A stretch of DNA of 64,000 nucleotides from Patescibacteria group bacterium (lineage in GTDB: Bacteria; Patescibacteriota; Patescibacteriia; UBA2591; UBA4787): contig JAQUSN010000002.1 of the NCBI GenBank assembly GCA_028715115.1, positions 4,944 to 68,943 on the forward strand, written 5' to 3'. The notes under the pieces are model-generated. The model was not told where the DNA came from and made no database searches. It saw nothing but the letters and a program-made list of their open reading frames with translations. Of the stretch, positions 35,391-45,896 are shown piece after piece; position 1 is the first letter of the stretch, and every line of letters starts with the position of its first letter. A program made the translations under genes and the position numbers.

Positions 35391-36401
35391 ATGCCCGTTA
35401 AGGCTATAATTATTGGTTATCTTATTTTTGCTGTTTTAGCTGTTTTTTTATATTTTAATTGGCAGGCCATGGCGCCCAAAGCAAAAAACCTGGAGCCGCA
35501 AGCTTTTGTTTTAGAAAATGGACAGGGCGTAAAAGAAATCGCTGCGCAATTAAAAAATGCTGGTTTGATAAAAAATGATACCTTATTTAAAACGCTCGTG
35601 TTTTTAATGAATGCTAAAAATTCTTTCTGGCCAGGAAAATATTATTTAAGTCCGGATATGGACGTAATCAAGGTAATTAAAACCCTAACGGCCAGACAGG
35701 GACCAGACGAAGTGAGTGCTACAATTATTGAAGGATGGAGCAATAAAGAAATTGCCGCTTATTTAGAAAAACTAAACTTAGTTTCTCAGAAAGACTTCCT
35801 GGCAGCTTTGGCTAACGATCAGGATAAATTTAGAACCAGGTATTCTTGGTTAGATGACGTTCCGAAATCAATTAATTTAGAAGGATTCTTATTTCCCGAC
35901 ACTTATCGTTTTTATAAAGAGACAACAGCCGACGATATAATTGATAAAATGTTGGCTAATTTTGATCAAAAAATTACTCCCGACATAATTACCGCGATTA
36001 ATAAAAACCATCGTACGTTATTTCAGACAATCACCATGGCCAGTTTGGTTGAGAAAGAAGCATCGGATGACGTAGAAAGAAGGTTAATCGCCGACGTTTT
36101 CTGGCGCCGGTTAGAAAACAAAATAGCCCTGCAATCTTGCGCTAGCGTTAATTATGTTTTAGGCGAAACCAAAAAAAGATTATCCATTGCCGATACGCAA
36201 ACCAAGTCTCCCTATAATACTTATTTAAATCGGGGTTTGCCGCCCGGGCCGATCGACAATCCAGGCCTGTCTTCAATTAAAGCGGCTGTTTATCCACTAT
36301 CCAATGATTATTGGTTTTTTTTGGCAGCGGATAATGGTAAAACTATTTTTAGTAAAACACTGGAAGAGCACAATCAAAATAAAAAAGTATATTTAAAATA
36401 A
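35391..36401 (+). CDS. mltG: Endolytic murein transglycosylase MltG (YceG-like)
   Basis: N-terminal TM segment and YceG motifs ...LNRGLPPGPIDNPGLSSIKAAVYP. Confidence 0.8.
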   Translation: MPVKAIIIGYLIFAVLAVFLYFNWQAMAPKAKNLEPQAFVLENGQGVKEIAAQLKNAGLIKNDTLFKTLVFLMNAKNSFWPGKYYLSPDMDVIKVIKTLTARQGPDEVSATIIEGWSNKEIAAYLEKLNLVSQKDFLAALANDQDKFRTRYSWLDDVPKSINLEGFLFPDTYRFYKETTADDIIDKMLANFDQKITPDIITAINKNHRTLFQTITMASLVEKEASDDVERRLIADVFWRRLENKIALQSCASVNYVLGETKKRLSIADTQTKSPYNTYLNRGLPPGPIDNPGLSSIKAAVYPLSNDYWFFLAADNGKTIFSKTLEEHNQNKKVYLK

Positions 36402-38629
36402 TGAAAAATAAATTATCAAAAATAAAATTCATTGTTTTTGGCCTTAGTATAATCGCGGCTAGTTTTAATTTTTCCAATTTTAATTTAAAAGCCCAGGCCC
36501 CGTCTCTAAATTATGCCCCTGACGAATTACTAATTAAATTAAAGAAACAAGATACTATTTATAAAGTTCATTATTCCGGCGCTGTTGATATTTTGGCGCA
36601 GCAAAAATCAGTTGCCCAAATGTCCGATGTTGAAGCAGTTGAATTAAATTATTATTTTATTTCGGCTTATATTCCCAGTGATACCTATTTTTCCGAAGAG
36701 TGGTATTTAAACAAAATTCAAGCGCCGCAAGCTTGGGATATTGTTCGCGGTGGATTTGAAGATGTGACTATTGCCGTTTTAGATACAGGAGTAGATATTG
36801 ATAACCCTGACTTAAAAGATAATATTTGGGTTAATAAAAAAGAAATACCCGGTAACGGGATTGATGATGATAAAAATGGTTACGTGGATGATTATTATGG
36901 CTGGGATTTCGTAAAAAACACCTCCGATCCGCGACCTAAGTTTGAAGACATTTTTACCGCTGGTGCGATTAATCATGGAACTATTGTGGCCGGAACTGCG
37001 GCGGCTATGGGTGATAACGGGCAAGGAGTTGCCGGTATAACCTGGAAATCTAAAATTATGCCTTTAAGAGTTTTAAACGGTCAAGGAGTTGGCTCTATTG
37101 ATGCGGTTATTGCCGCGGTTAATTATGCTAAGAATAGTGGAGCTAAGATAATTAATCTAAGTTTTGTCGGGACGAGCCCAAGTGATTTTTTAGCTCAGGC
37201 ACTTAAACAAGCCTGGAGAGAGGGGGTGTTTATTGTCGCGGCCGCTGGAAACGAAGCAACGGGCCAAACTGAAAATCTAAACAATGTTCCCTCATATCCG
37301 GTTTGTTTAGACGCCAACGATACAGATAATTACATTATCGGCGTGGGAGCTACTGATCAGTTTGATCGTAAGGCTAGTTTTTCCAATTATGGTTCGAATT
37401 GCGTTGACATCATGGCGCCGGGCAGTAGAATTTTTAGTACTTTGGCTTATAATCCTAATTTGCCAGATTATAAAGATCGTTTTGGTGGTTATTGGTCTGG
37501 GACTTCAGTGGCCACTCCGCTGGTTTCTGGTGCGGCGGCTTTAATTAAATCACTTAATCCCTTGTTAACCAATCAGCAAGTCAGGGATATTATTTTAACG
37601 CAAGCAGATGATATTTCTTATATTAATCCCGATTATGGAAACGGCTTGGGTCGCGGACGATTAAATCTTTACCGCGCCGTTGATTACGAGTATTCGCAAT
37701 TAGCCGAAGCGCCGCAAACTAGATATATTGTGACAGCCGCTGGCCCGGGTGGCGGGCCCCATGTTCGCGTTATGAAATCCAATGGCTTGCCTGTTAGCGG
37801 ATTTATGGCTTATGATTCCAAATTTCGCGGTGGCGTGAAGATAGCTACTGGTGACGTTGATGGCGATAATCAAGAAGAAATTATAACTGTGCCTGCCACT
37901 TTGGGTTCGGCCCAAGTAAAAATATTCGACATTAACGGTAACATAAAGGGCAGTTTTTTGGCGATTAAAAATTATAATAAAGGATTAAATTTGGCAAGTT
38001 GTGATTTAGATGGCGATCAGCTTTTTGAAATAATCGCTAGTCCGAACGGTCGTGCCGATCCGTATATTTATATCTTCAATGGTCAGGGCCGATTACAATT
38101 AAAATTTTTAGCTTATAGCCCCAGGATTTTCCGAGGAGAAGTAAGGGTTGGCTGCGGCGATGTCGATGGTGATGGAGAAAGCGAAATCGTTACCGCCTTG
38201 GGTTCCGGCGGTTCGCCGCAAATAAAAATTTTTAGCCCCACCGGACAACTTAAAGTCCAGTGGTATGCCTTTTTGCAAAAGTTTACCGGTGGAGTTAATG
38301 TGGCCGTGGGAGATGTTAATGGTGATGGTCGAGCGGAAATAGTCACGAGCATTGCCTCCAAGGCCAGTCCTTATATTAGGGTTTTTGATTACTTCGGTTT
38401 TTTACAAACTCAGTTTTTAGCTTATGACGCGAACAATTTTTACGGCGTAACTTTGGCGGTTAATGATTTAAACGAGGACAATGTTTCAGAAATAATCACT
38501 GGCGTAGGCAAGGGATCTCAGCCACACGTAAGATTATTTGATTATTTAGGCGTCAGTCAAGGCGGATTTTTTGCTTATGACAAAAAGTTTTTGGGCGGCA
38601 TATTTTTGGCGACCATTAAAGGAAAATGA
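36401..38629 (+). CDS. Secreted subtilisin-like serine protease (S8) with C-terminal FG-GAP/VCBS-like repeats
   Basis: Signal peptide. The Asp/His/Ser triad contexts are IAVLDTGVD, HGTIVAG and GTSVATP. FG-GAP-like repeats follow (GDVDGDG..EI). Confidence 0.8.
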   Translation: MKNKLSKIKFIVFGLSIIAASFNFSNFNLKAQAPSLNYAPDELLIKLKKQDTIYKVHYSGAVDILAQQKSVAQMSDVEAVELNYYFISAYIPSDTYFSEEWYLNKIQAPQAWDIVRGGFEDVTIAVLDTGVDIDNPDLKDNIWVNKKEIPGNGIDDDKNGYVDDYYGWDFVKNTSDPRPKFEDIFTAGAINHGTIVAGTAAAMGDNGQGVAGITWKSKIMPLRVLNGQGVGSIDAVIAAVNYAKNSGAKIINLSFVGTSPSDFLAQALKQAWREGVFIVAAAGNEATGQTENLNNVPSYPVCLDANDTDNYIIGVGATDQFDRKASFSNYGSNCVDIMAPGSRIFSTLAYNPNLPDYKDRFGGYWSGTSVATPLVSGAAALIKSLNPLLTNQQVRDIILTQADDISYINPDYGNGLGRGRLNLYRAVDYEYSQLAEAPQTRYIVTAAGPGGGPHVRVMKSNGLPVSGFMAYDSKFRGGVKIATGDVDGDNQEEIITVPATLGSAQVKIFDINGNIKGSFLAIKNYNKGLNLASCDLDGDQLFEIIASPNGRADPYIYIFNGQGRLQLKFLAYSPRIFRGEVRVGCGDVDGDGESEIVTALGSGGSPQIKIFSPTGQLKVQWYAFLQKFTGGVNVAVGDVNGDGRAEIVTSIASKASPYIRVFDYFGFLQTQFLAYDANNFYGVTLAVNDLNEDNVSEIITGVGKGSQPHVRLFDYLGVSQGGFFAYDKKFLGGIFLATIKGK

Positions 38630-39078
38630 TGTTTAAAAATTTATACAACTCGGCGGTTAGCAGGGTAAGGAATAATTTTTGGTTCGAAAAATATCCATGG
38701 ACAAAGCAGTTTATTAAATTTTCTATCGCTGGCGGAGTTTGCGCGATTATAGACTTTTTAGTCTATATAATTTTAACCAGACTTTCTCCCTTTTGGGCTC
38801 AACGTGCAGGTTGGGCTAATTTTTTGGCGATTTCCTTGGCTTCGACTGTTAATTTCGTTTGGAATAAGAAGTGGACCTTTCATAGCAATCAACCGAATCT
38901 ACTTGCGCAATATATAAAATTTTGGGTAGTAGTTATTTTAGGCATAGTCGTTTATCAGTGGATTTTTGTTTTTTCAATTAAACAATTCCATTTTTTCGAT
39001 CTTTTAGGAAAGGCTATCGCGGCCGCTATCGTCTGGATTTTAAGATTTATATTTAATAAATTTTGGAGTTTTAAGTAA
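38626..39078 (+). CDS. GtrA family membrane protein
   Basis: 150 aa with 4 TM segments and GtrA-like W..KF..VG. Confidence 0.6.
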   Translation: MMFKNLYNSAVSRVRNNFWFEKYPWTKQFIKFSIAGGVCAIIDFLVYIILTRLSPFWAQRAGWANFLAISLASTVNFVWNKKWTFHSNQPNLLAQYIKFWVVVILGIVVYQWIFVFSIKQFHFFDLLGKAIAAAIVWILRFIFNKFWSFK

Positions 39079-39083
39079 TTTAT

Positions 39084-39539
39084 ATGATTCAAGGAGTTCA
39101 ATTAAAAAAAATTAACGCCAATTTCGATGATCGGGGTTTTTTGTGTGAAGTTTTTAAAGATTCAGAGATTAGCCCCAACCAGATCAAGCAGACTACTTAT
39201 ACGGAAACTTTGCCCGGAGTTATCAAGGCTTTTCATTGGCACAAAAAACAACGGGACTACTGGTTTGTAGCGGGAGGCTTAGCCCAGGTTGTTTTATATG
39301 ATTTACGTCAAGATTCTTCGACTAAAGGGCAAATAGATGTTTTTTACTTGGGCGAGAAAAATTTAGCCCTATTAATTATTCCGCCAGGAGTGGCGCATGG
39401 TTACCGAGTTTTGGGCAATAAACCGGCTTGCTTATTTTATCATACCAGCGAAGTATATAATCCTCAGCAGCCGGACGAAGAAAGAATATCTTTTGATGAT
39501 CCACAAATTAATTTTAATTGGCAGACAAAAAATCGTTAA
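39084..39539 (+). CDS. dTDP-sugar epimerase/ketoisomerase, RmlC-like cupin
   Basis: NFDDRGFLCEVFK...HWHKKQRDYWFVAGG...PPGVAHGY. Confidence 0.65.
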   Translation: MIQGVQLKKINANFDDRGFLCEVFKDSEISPNQIKQTTYTETLPGVIKAFHWHKKQRDYWFVAGGLAQVVLYDLRQDSSTKGQIDVFYLGEKNLALLIIPPGVAHGYRVLGNKPACLFYHTSEVYNPQQPDEERISFDDPQINFNWQTKNR

Positions 39540-39542
39540 TTT

Positions 39543-40403
39543 ATGAAAATTTTAATCCTTGGAGCCAAGGGGCTTTTAGGTCACGACCTAATGGCCGTGT
39601 TTAAAAATTATCGGCCGATTGGCTACGATATTGAAAATATTAATTTGATCCAGCGGAATAAAATATTCGAAGAAATAAGCCGCTTAAAACCAGACTTAGT
39701 CTTGAATGCCGCTGGCTATACTGACGTTGATTGCGCCGAAAAAGAGTTAAACATGGCAAAATTAATTAATGGTATTGCTGTTGATTATCTTGCCGAAATA
39801 TGTTCCAAGCTTAATATCATTTTAGTTCATTTTAGTACCGATTACGTATTTTCTGGGCGGCAAAAAACCGGTTATTTAGAAAAATATTTTGATCATCAGC
39901 CGGTTAATGCTTATGGCCGTTCCAAATTGCTTGGAGAAGTTGCCATTAAAAAATGGGCCAACAAAGGATTAAAATATTATTTAGTTAGAAGTGCTTGGCT
40001 CTTCGGTCCGTTTAGTCATTCTCATCAGCATAAAAATTTTGTTGATACTATTTTAAGGTTAGCTAAAGAAAAAGACGAAATTAAGGTGGTTAATGATCAA
40101 TTTGGCTGCCCGACTTATAGTTTAGACTTAGCAAAGGCAGTCGAGAGGTTAATCATAGAAAAACACCCTTTCGGTATTTATCATTTAATCAATGATGGAT
40201 TTGCCAGCTGGTGCGATTTTGCCAAAAAAATAGTCCAAATCGCCGAAGAAAAAACAAAGATCATTCCTTGCTCAAGTAAAGAATATCCGCGCCCAGCCAA
40301 GCGACCAAAATATTCGATTTTACTCAACACCAAATGCTTCAAATTAAGAAAATGGGAGGAAGCCCTAAAAGACTATTTAAAAATTAAAAATACTATCTTA
40401 TGA
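39543..40403 (+). CDS. rmlD: dTDP-4-dehydrorhamnose reductase (RmlD-like)
   Basis: MKILILGAKGLLG Rossmann N-terminus, ~286 aa, in an operon with RmlC-like and RmlA-like genes. Confidence 0.7.
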   Translation: MKILILGAKGLLGHDLMAVFKNYRPIGYDIENINLIQRNKIFEEISRLKPDLVLNAAGYTDVDCAEKELNMAKLINGIAVDYLAEICSKLNIILVHFSTDYVFSGRQKTGYLEKYFDHQPVNAYGRSKLLGEVAIKKWANKGLKYYLVRSAWLFGPFSHSHQHKNFVDTILRLAKEKDEIKVVNDQFGCPTYSLDLAKAVERLIIEKHPFGIYHLINDGFASWCDFAKKIVQIAEEKTKIIPCSSKEYPRPAKRPKYSILLNTKCFKLRKWEEALKDYLKIKNTIL

Positions 40404-41122
40404 AGGGAATTATTTTGGCCGGAGGCAATGGCACCAGGATGTTGCCATGTACCCGAATTACCAATAAACATTGTTTGCCGGTTTATGATAAACCGATGAT
40501 CTATCATCCGCTTGAAACCTTGACCAAGGCCGGCATTAAAGAAGTAATGATTGTCACGGGTGGTAATAATCCCGGCGATTTTTTAAAGCTTTTAGAAAAC
40601 GGTAAGGAGTTTGGTTTAAAAGAAATCCGTTATGCATATCAAGAGGGCGCTGGCGGGATTGCCGAAGCCTTAGGCCTAGCTGAAAATTTTGCTAAGGGAG
40701 ACGGAGTGGTGGTTATTTTGGGCGATAATATATTCGAAGACGATATAGCGCCGTATGTTAAAAAATTTATAAATCAAGTCAGGGGTGGCAAGGTTTTTTT
40801 AAAAGAAGTAAGCGACCCAGAAAGATTTGGTGTAGCTGATATAAAAGGCGACAAGATTACTGATATCGAAGAAAAACCCAAAAATCCAAAATCAAATTAC
40901 GCGGTTACTGGTTTATACATGTATGACAGCCAAGTTTGGGATTTAATTAAAAAATTAAAACCCTCCGGAAGGGGAGAGTTAGAGATAACCGACGTTAATA
41001 ATTTTTATATCAGAAACAATTCTTTGACTTATGAGATTGTAAAAGGATTTTGGTCAGATGCTGGAACGTTTGATTCATTATTGCGAGCTGCTAATTTTTT
41101 GGCCGGTAAAAACAAAAATTAA
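40400..41122 (+). CDS. Sugar-phosphate nucleotidyltransferase (glucose-1-phosphate thymidylyltransferase-like, short form)
   Basis: MKGIILAGGNGTRMLPCT...LPVYDKPMIYHPLETL. Confidence 0.75.
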   Translation: MKGIILAGGNGTRMLPCTRITNKHCLPVYDKPMIYHPLETLTKAGIKEVMIVTGGNNPGDFLKLLENGKEFGLKEIRYAYQEGAGGIAEALGLAENFAKGDGVVVILGDNIFEDDIAPYVKKFINQVRGGKVFLKEVSDPERFGVADIKGDKITDIEEKPKNPKSNYAVTGLYMYDSQVWDLIKKLKPSGRGELEITDVNNFYIRNNSLTYEIVKGFWSDAGTFDSLLRAANFLAGKNKN

Positions 41123-41133
41123 GGACATTGAAA

Positions 41134-42621
41134 TTATTGCAATTTTAATCGCCAAATTCCTGATTGTTCGCCAATTTTTCCCAAAACATAAACCAAGTTT
41201 GGATTAGCGTTGTTCCAGATGGTTTGTAGGTTATCAAAACGGAATAGGTTGTATATATTTCGAGAATCTCGGCCGTCCAATTCTATAGCCATCAAATTGT
41301 TGTTTTTATCGGCGTTCAGAATGTAATTATTGCCAGTTCGCCAAAGAACTTGATTGACTTGATTACTACTGCGATTAATTAAGTCATTTTTTATTTGCCA
41401 CAGATCATTTTTTTTATTAATGGCGTAAAGAGAAATTTCAAAATCATTATAAGCTAGAATATTTTTAGCTTCTGGCTGGACAATAATTTTTTTTGCTGGA
41501 TTCCTGGCAATAATATAATTTGTTTTTTGCGATGGATCTATAATGAAAAATTCTTGATTAGCAGTTAAAATCATCAAATCGTCATTTAGTTGTTGGGGGT
41601 TAATCGCAAATAAATAATTAGGCAGAGATAAGCTGTAGACAATTGATTGTTTGGTATATTTTTCGGCAGAAATTGCTAAATTTATTTTATCGAGATAAAT
41701 GTCACCATCTATTTTTTTAATTAAAAATATCGCATCTTTACCAATAAACCAATCTTTAAGCTGCGACCTAGTGGGCGATATGTTTGCCAAATCGAAAAAT
41801 AAATTTACTTTTTGTGTATTCGGATCAAGGGCGTATATTTTTTTGTTTGATTGAACATAAAAAATATTATTAAAGAGCGATATCTTTTGTGGCGATGAAA
41901 CTAAATTATTGATTAAAATAGTTTTAGTGGCGTCATCAAGATTAATTAAATAAAGACCGGTATCAGATTTAACCGCCAAATAATTGTTATTTTTTTCTAG
42001 AGACGAAACCTTTCCTTTTATTTTTGTAATTAATTCAGCCGCGGGCTTAGGCTGTTCTGGTCTGATGATTTTTATTTCAGAAATTTTGGCGCCGGCATCA
42101 TATATAGAATAAAAAATCTGTTTTCCATTATCGGTTGGCAGTAAATATGATATTTTTTCAGCTAAAACTAATTCCGGAGAAATATCTTGCAAGAACAAAT
42201 ATATTCTTCCGGTATTAGTCGTTTGTTCTGGTAAAATCTCGAGACTTTTTTGCCATAAACGATAGCCATCTTTTTGTACAACCAAGTTATACTTATTAGG
42301 AATAAGGTTAGAGACGGCTGTCGGTGTAGTGCCGCTGACCTTTGCTAGTCCAAGCATTTTCTTGTGGATAAATATTTTTTGATACCAGGGCTCAACCGGA
42401 GATTGATCGTTGATTAAAATCGTAGCATCGCGAGGCGTAGAGTCGACATAAAAATTACCGGTTTTACTTAAGCGTTTATTTTGCCAATCATAACGATAGC
42501 CTTCGCCGTAAAGAATCAGGGCTGGTCCGCTGATGACAAAAATTATAACTAGTGGTATAATTATTAATAATCTGTAACGAAAACTCATATGGCTCAATTT
42601 ATTATTAATGGCGGTCAACAT
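41134..42621 (-). CDS. Membrane-anchored extracellular protein with PEGA domain and beta-propeller-like C-terminal region
   Basis: N-terminal TM segment, a PEGA-like FYVDSTPRDATILINDQ...YNLVVQKDGY region, 495 aa. Confidence 0.55.
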   Translation of the reverse strand: MLTAINNKLSHMSFRYRLLIIIPLVIIFVISGPALILYGEGYRYDWQNKRLSKTGNFYVDSTPRDATILINDQSPVEPWYQKIFIHKKMLGLAKVSGTTPTAVSNLIPNKYNLVVQKDGYRLWQKSLEILPEQTTNTGRIYLFLQDISPELVLAEKISYLLPTDNGKQIFYSIYDAGAKISEIKIIRPEQPKPAAELITKIKGKVSSLEKNNNYLAVKSDTGLYLINLDDATKTILINNLVSSPQKISLFNNIFYVQSNKKIYALDPNTQKVNLFFDLANISPTRSQLKDWFIGKDAIFLIKKIDGDIYLDKINLAISAEKYTKQSIVYSLSLPNYLFAINPQQLNDDLMILTANQEFFIIDPSQKTNYIIARNPAKKIIVQPEAKNILAYNDFEISLYAINKKNDLWQIKNDLINRSSNQVNQVLWRTGNNYILNADKNNNLMAIELDGRDSRNIYNLFRFDNLQTIWNNANPNLVYVLGKIGEQSGIWRLKLQ

Positions 42622-43845
42622 CTTAAGGGTGAAATAGAGGTGATGGGCATGAAAAATGCCGCAACGCCGATTTTAGCCGCCACGCTTTTAACCAAACAAA
42701 CTTGTATCTTAAAAAATATTCCCAACATCTCCGACGTGAGAGTGGTGATTGATATTTTAAAAAGTCTAGGTTCACGAATAGAGGCTATTGGCGAACATGC
42801 CTTTAAAATAGATAATTCGCAAATTAACCCCCAACAATTAGATGAAAAATCCGTTCGCCATATTCGCTCTTCGGTTCTTTTTATGGGGCCGCTGTTGGCG
42901 CGATTTGGTCAAGTGGAATTGCCCGAGCCGGGCGGATGTATTATTGGTAACCGGCCGCTTGATACTCACTTGTATGCCTTAGAACACCTTGGGGCGCAAA
43001 TCGCGAAAAAAGATCGTTTTTATGGTTTAAGTGCTAAGCATCTTAAGGGCGCAGTAATTATTCTACCAGAATTTTCAGTTACGGCAACAGAAAATCTGTT
43101 AATGGCCGCCACGTTGGCCGAGGGTCGCACGATTATTAAATTAGCGGCGGCCGAACCGCATGTCCAGGATTTGTGTAATTTTTTACAAAAAATGGGCGCA
43201 AAAATTTCCGGTATCGGTACTCATACTTTAGTAATTGATGGCGTTAAAGAATTGAAAGGCACTGAGCATACGATTATTCCCGATCAAATAGAAGCGGGAA
43301 CATTCGCCGCCATGGCTGTGGCCACGCGCGGAGAAATGAAGATAAAAAATATCAACCCGGAACATTTAGAAATTATTTTGTTAAAGTTAAAACAAATCGG
43401 CGCTGGCTTTGAGGTTGGACCAGACTATCTTAATGTTTTTCCTGCGAACGATTTAAAGGCTTTTAAATTACAGGCCCTGCCTTATCCCGGGTTCCCTACA
43501 GACCTACAGTCGCCATTTGGCGTTTTAGCTACCCAAGGCCAGGGGACAACCTTGATTCAAGATCCATTATTCGAAGGTAGAATGGGTTATGTTAATGAGT
43601 TGATAAAAATGGGCGCTAATGCTATTATTGCTGACCCGCACAGAGTTATTATTACCGGACCGACACCGCTTTATGGACAGGACATTAAGACTTTAGATTT
43701 GCGTGCTGGTGCCACTTTAATTATCGCTAGTTTAATAGCTAACGGTCAGAGCACAATTAATCAGGCCGAAATAATTGACCGCGGTTATGAAAAAATAGAG
43801 GAACGGTTGCTAAAATTAGGAGCTGAAATAAAAAGGGTTAGTTAA
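42589..43845 (+). CDS. murA: UDP-N-acetylglucosamine 1-carboxyvinyltransferase
   Basis: MAQFIINGGQHLKGEIEV..., 418 aa with the EPT fold, Cys...RPLD motifs and the active-site loop. Confidence 0.9.
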   Translation: MAQFIINGGQHLKGEIEVMGMKNAATPILAATLLTKQTCILKNIPNISDVRVVIDILKSLGSRIEAIGEHAFKIDNSQINPQQLDEKSVRHIRSSVLFMGPLLARFGQVELPEPGGCIIGNRPLDTHLYALEHLGAQIAKKDRFYGLSAKHLKGAVIILPEFSVTATENLLMAATLAEGRTIIKLAAAEPHVQDLCNFLQKMGAKISGIGTHTLVIDGVKELKGTEHTIIPDQIEAGTFAAMAVATRGEMKIKNINPEHLEIILLKLKQIGAGFEVGPDYLNVFPANDLKAFKLQALPYPGFPTDLQSPFGVLATQGQGTTLIQDPLFEGRMGYVNELIKMGANAIIADPHRVIITGPTPLYGQDIKTLDLRAGATLIIASLIANGQSTINQAEIIDRGYEKIEERLLKLGAEIKRVS

Positions 43846-43900
43846 ATTATTTTAAAAGATTTTTTAATTTAAAACCGAGCATAGTGCTCGGTTTTAAATT

Positions 43901-43974
43901 TGGTGGACCTAGGCGGAATCGAACCGCCGTCTCGGCAATGCGAATGCCGCGTACTACCGCTGTACTATAGGCCC
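43901..43974 (-). tRNA. tRNA-Ala (CGC), CCA encoded
   Basis: The reverse complement gives gggccta-ta-gtac-agcggta-gtac-g-cggca-ttCGCat-tgccg...ggcgg-ttcgatt-ccgcc-taggtcc-a-cca. Confidence 0.7.
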
Positions 43975-44093
43975 CTCAATTTTTTATCATGCCCTGACGA
44001 GGAGCCTCGAATCTTGACCTTATCCTCCCGCCCGCAGCGCCAAGCCGCAGCTTTGGCGGGCGCGGTAGGACGGATTTATTTTTATAGTATCTA

Positions 44094-44165
44094 TGCCCCC
44101 AGGAGGAATTGAACCTCCATCTAGAGCTTAGGAGTCTCTCGTTCTATCCGTTGAACTATGAGGGC
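44094..44165 (-). tRNA. tRNA-Arg (CCT)
   Basis: The reverse complement gives gccctca...anticodon loop ctCCTaa...T-arm ggagg-ttcaatt-cctcc-tgggggc-a. No CCA is encoded. Confidence 0.65.
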
Positions 44166-44635
44166 TAATTCGTTTAAATTATTCTGGGTGGCTATGGCAA
44201 TTTTTAAAAACAAAACAGAGTTTTTAGAAAGCTCCGCCTAAAGCTGTATTATGAATCTATATTAGTAAATGATTGCTGATGATAAAGTGGTCGTCGTTTA
44301 TTTTTTAATAGCTATTATTTGCGCAAGCTTCATTAAAAATCCGGTTTTATCGTCAACAATTTTAATGACGATCAAAAAAACAACAATAGCCAAAAGCACC
44401 AAAATTAATTTTCTTAAATCTCGGCGGACGTAATCAAGATTATTTTTTTGTACTGGTTGATTGTTTCCGTTCATAAAAATTTCTTTTAAATTTTTAATAA
44501 TTAGTTTAAAAATATTATAGCACCCACTGGCATTTTGTCAATTTTTGTCCACTTCCAAAGATTTGACAAGTGGGCTCTAATTTTCTATAATAATGCTATA
44601 AATTTTAATTTTAACTCGTAATTTTATCAAAAGCT

Positions 44636-45013
44636 ATGGATAAAGATCGCAAGCTTAATTCAGCAGATACCCAGACCGTTATTGGTGCCGGGGTAAAAGT
44701 CGAAGGTAAATTTGACGCCATCGGCGATGTAGTTTTAAAGGGTAGGCTCACCGGAACATTAGATACGCAAAGCGCTTTATTTTTGGAAGAGGGCGCTTTT
44801 ATAGATGGCGACATGACGGCAAAGAACGCCAATTTAGCCGGAGAAATAAAAGGTAACGTGAAGGTTCAAAATCAGGTTGGCCTTACCAAGACCGCCAAGA
44901 TTAAAGGTGATTTAGAATGCCAAATCTTATCAATCGAGGCTGGCGCTATTTTCAACGGCCGCTGTTCCATTGGTCGACAAGTTCCCGAGAAGGCAACTGA
45001 AGAAGGGAAATAA
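44636..45013 (+). CDS. Bactofilin
   Basis: Repetitive beta-helix motifs VIGAGVKVEGKF...VVLKGRLTG...EIKGNVKV...KIKGDLEC match bactofilin (DUF583). Confidence 0.75.
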   Translation: MDKDRKLNSADTQTVIGAGVKVEGKFDAIGDVVLKGRLTGTLDTQSALFLEEGAFIDGDMTAKNANLAGEIKGNVKVQNQVGLTKTAKIKGDLECQILSIEAGAIFNGRCSIGRQVPEKATEEGK

Positions 45014-45061
45014 TTATTTATTTCTCTTTGTTCCCATTTTTAATTTTTAATTAAAAGGGAA

Positions 45062-45841
45062 ATGTATTTGTATTTATACGACTCATTTTTAGTTGACCAG
45101 AAATATCGCCGGCTGATTGATCGCATTGAAACCAGGCTGACCGACTTGGGAATTAATGGTCGGACAATTCGTTTAACTATTTTAAAAAACGCTCGTGAGG
45201 TCATTAAGGATAATCTTAAGGCAGAAATTGATACGGTGGTGGCGATTGGCGGTGATAAACTATTTGCTGAATCGGCAACGGCCCTAGCTGGAACCGATGT
45301 GTCTCTTGGTTTTATCCCGGTAGGCGAGTCAAAACTGGGGCAAATTTTAGATATTCCGGTCAGCGAAGCTGCTTGTGATATTATTTCCGGTCGACGTTTA
45401 GAGCAGATTGACCTAGGGAAAATCAATGGTCAATATTTTTTTAATGCCATAGACATTAATACTTCTAAGGTGAATATTTGGTGCGACGATTCGTACGAAA
45501 TTAAGCCACAAAGGATTAAAGCGGTTAAAATAGTCAACTTAGGTTGGGTTAACTTTCGTCTTAGCGAGCCAGATATTGTTATTGATAGACTGGCCAGCAA
45601 TGCTCGAGATAAGTTTTTAGAAATTGTTTTAGATCAACCAGATAAAGCCAAGTTTTTATTTTTTAAAAAAATAGAAGAAAAAGATAGCTTGTTTTTTGCC
45701 AAAAAAATAAAAATTTCATCGTCGAACGACAAAGAGGTAATGGTTAGGGTTGATGGCGATAGAGTTCTGAAATTACCGGTTATTGTTGAGGTTGTGCCAA
45801 AATGTTTAAAAATTATTGTCGGTCGGGACAGAATGATTTAA
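45062..45841 (+). CDS. Hypothetical protein (weak lipid-kinase/DAGK-catalytic-like features)
   Basis: VVAIGGDKL loosely resembles the GGDG motif. 259 aa. Confidence 0.4.
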   Translation: MYLYLYDSFLVDQKYRRLIDRIETRLTDLGINGRTIRLTILKNAREVIKDNLKAEIDTVVAIGGDKLFAESATALAGTDVSLGFIPVGESKLGQILDIPVSEAACDIISGRRLEQIDLGKINGQYFFNAIDINTSKVNIWCDDSYEIKPQRIKAVKIVNLGWVNFRLSEPDIVIDRLASNARDKFLEIVLDQPDKAKFLFFKKIEEKDSLFFAKKIKISSSNDKEVMVRVDGDRVLKLPVIVEVVPKCLKIIVGRDRMI

Positions 45842-45896
45842 AAATTTTTAAAATTAAGAATAGGCGAGAGGCCTATTTTTTTATTTTTATTTAAAT

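Noticed and set aside
43975-44093. Possible 5S rRNA between two tRNAs (length ~120 nt)
   Set aside because: There is no resemblance to the conserved 5S loops or helices, and the ends are AT-rich without the terminal helix.
43900-44112. ORF 43900-44112 (+)
   Set aside because: It runs antisense across tRNA-Ala and tRNA-Arg and their spacer.
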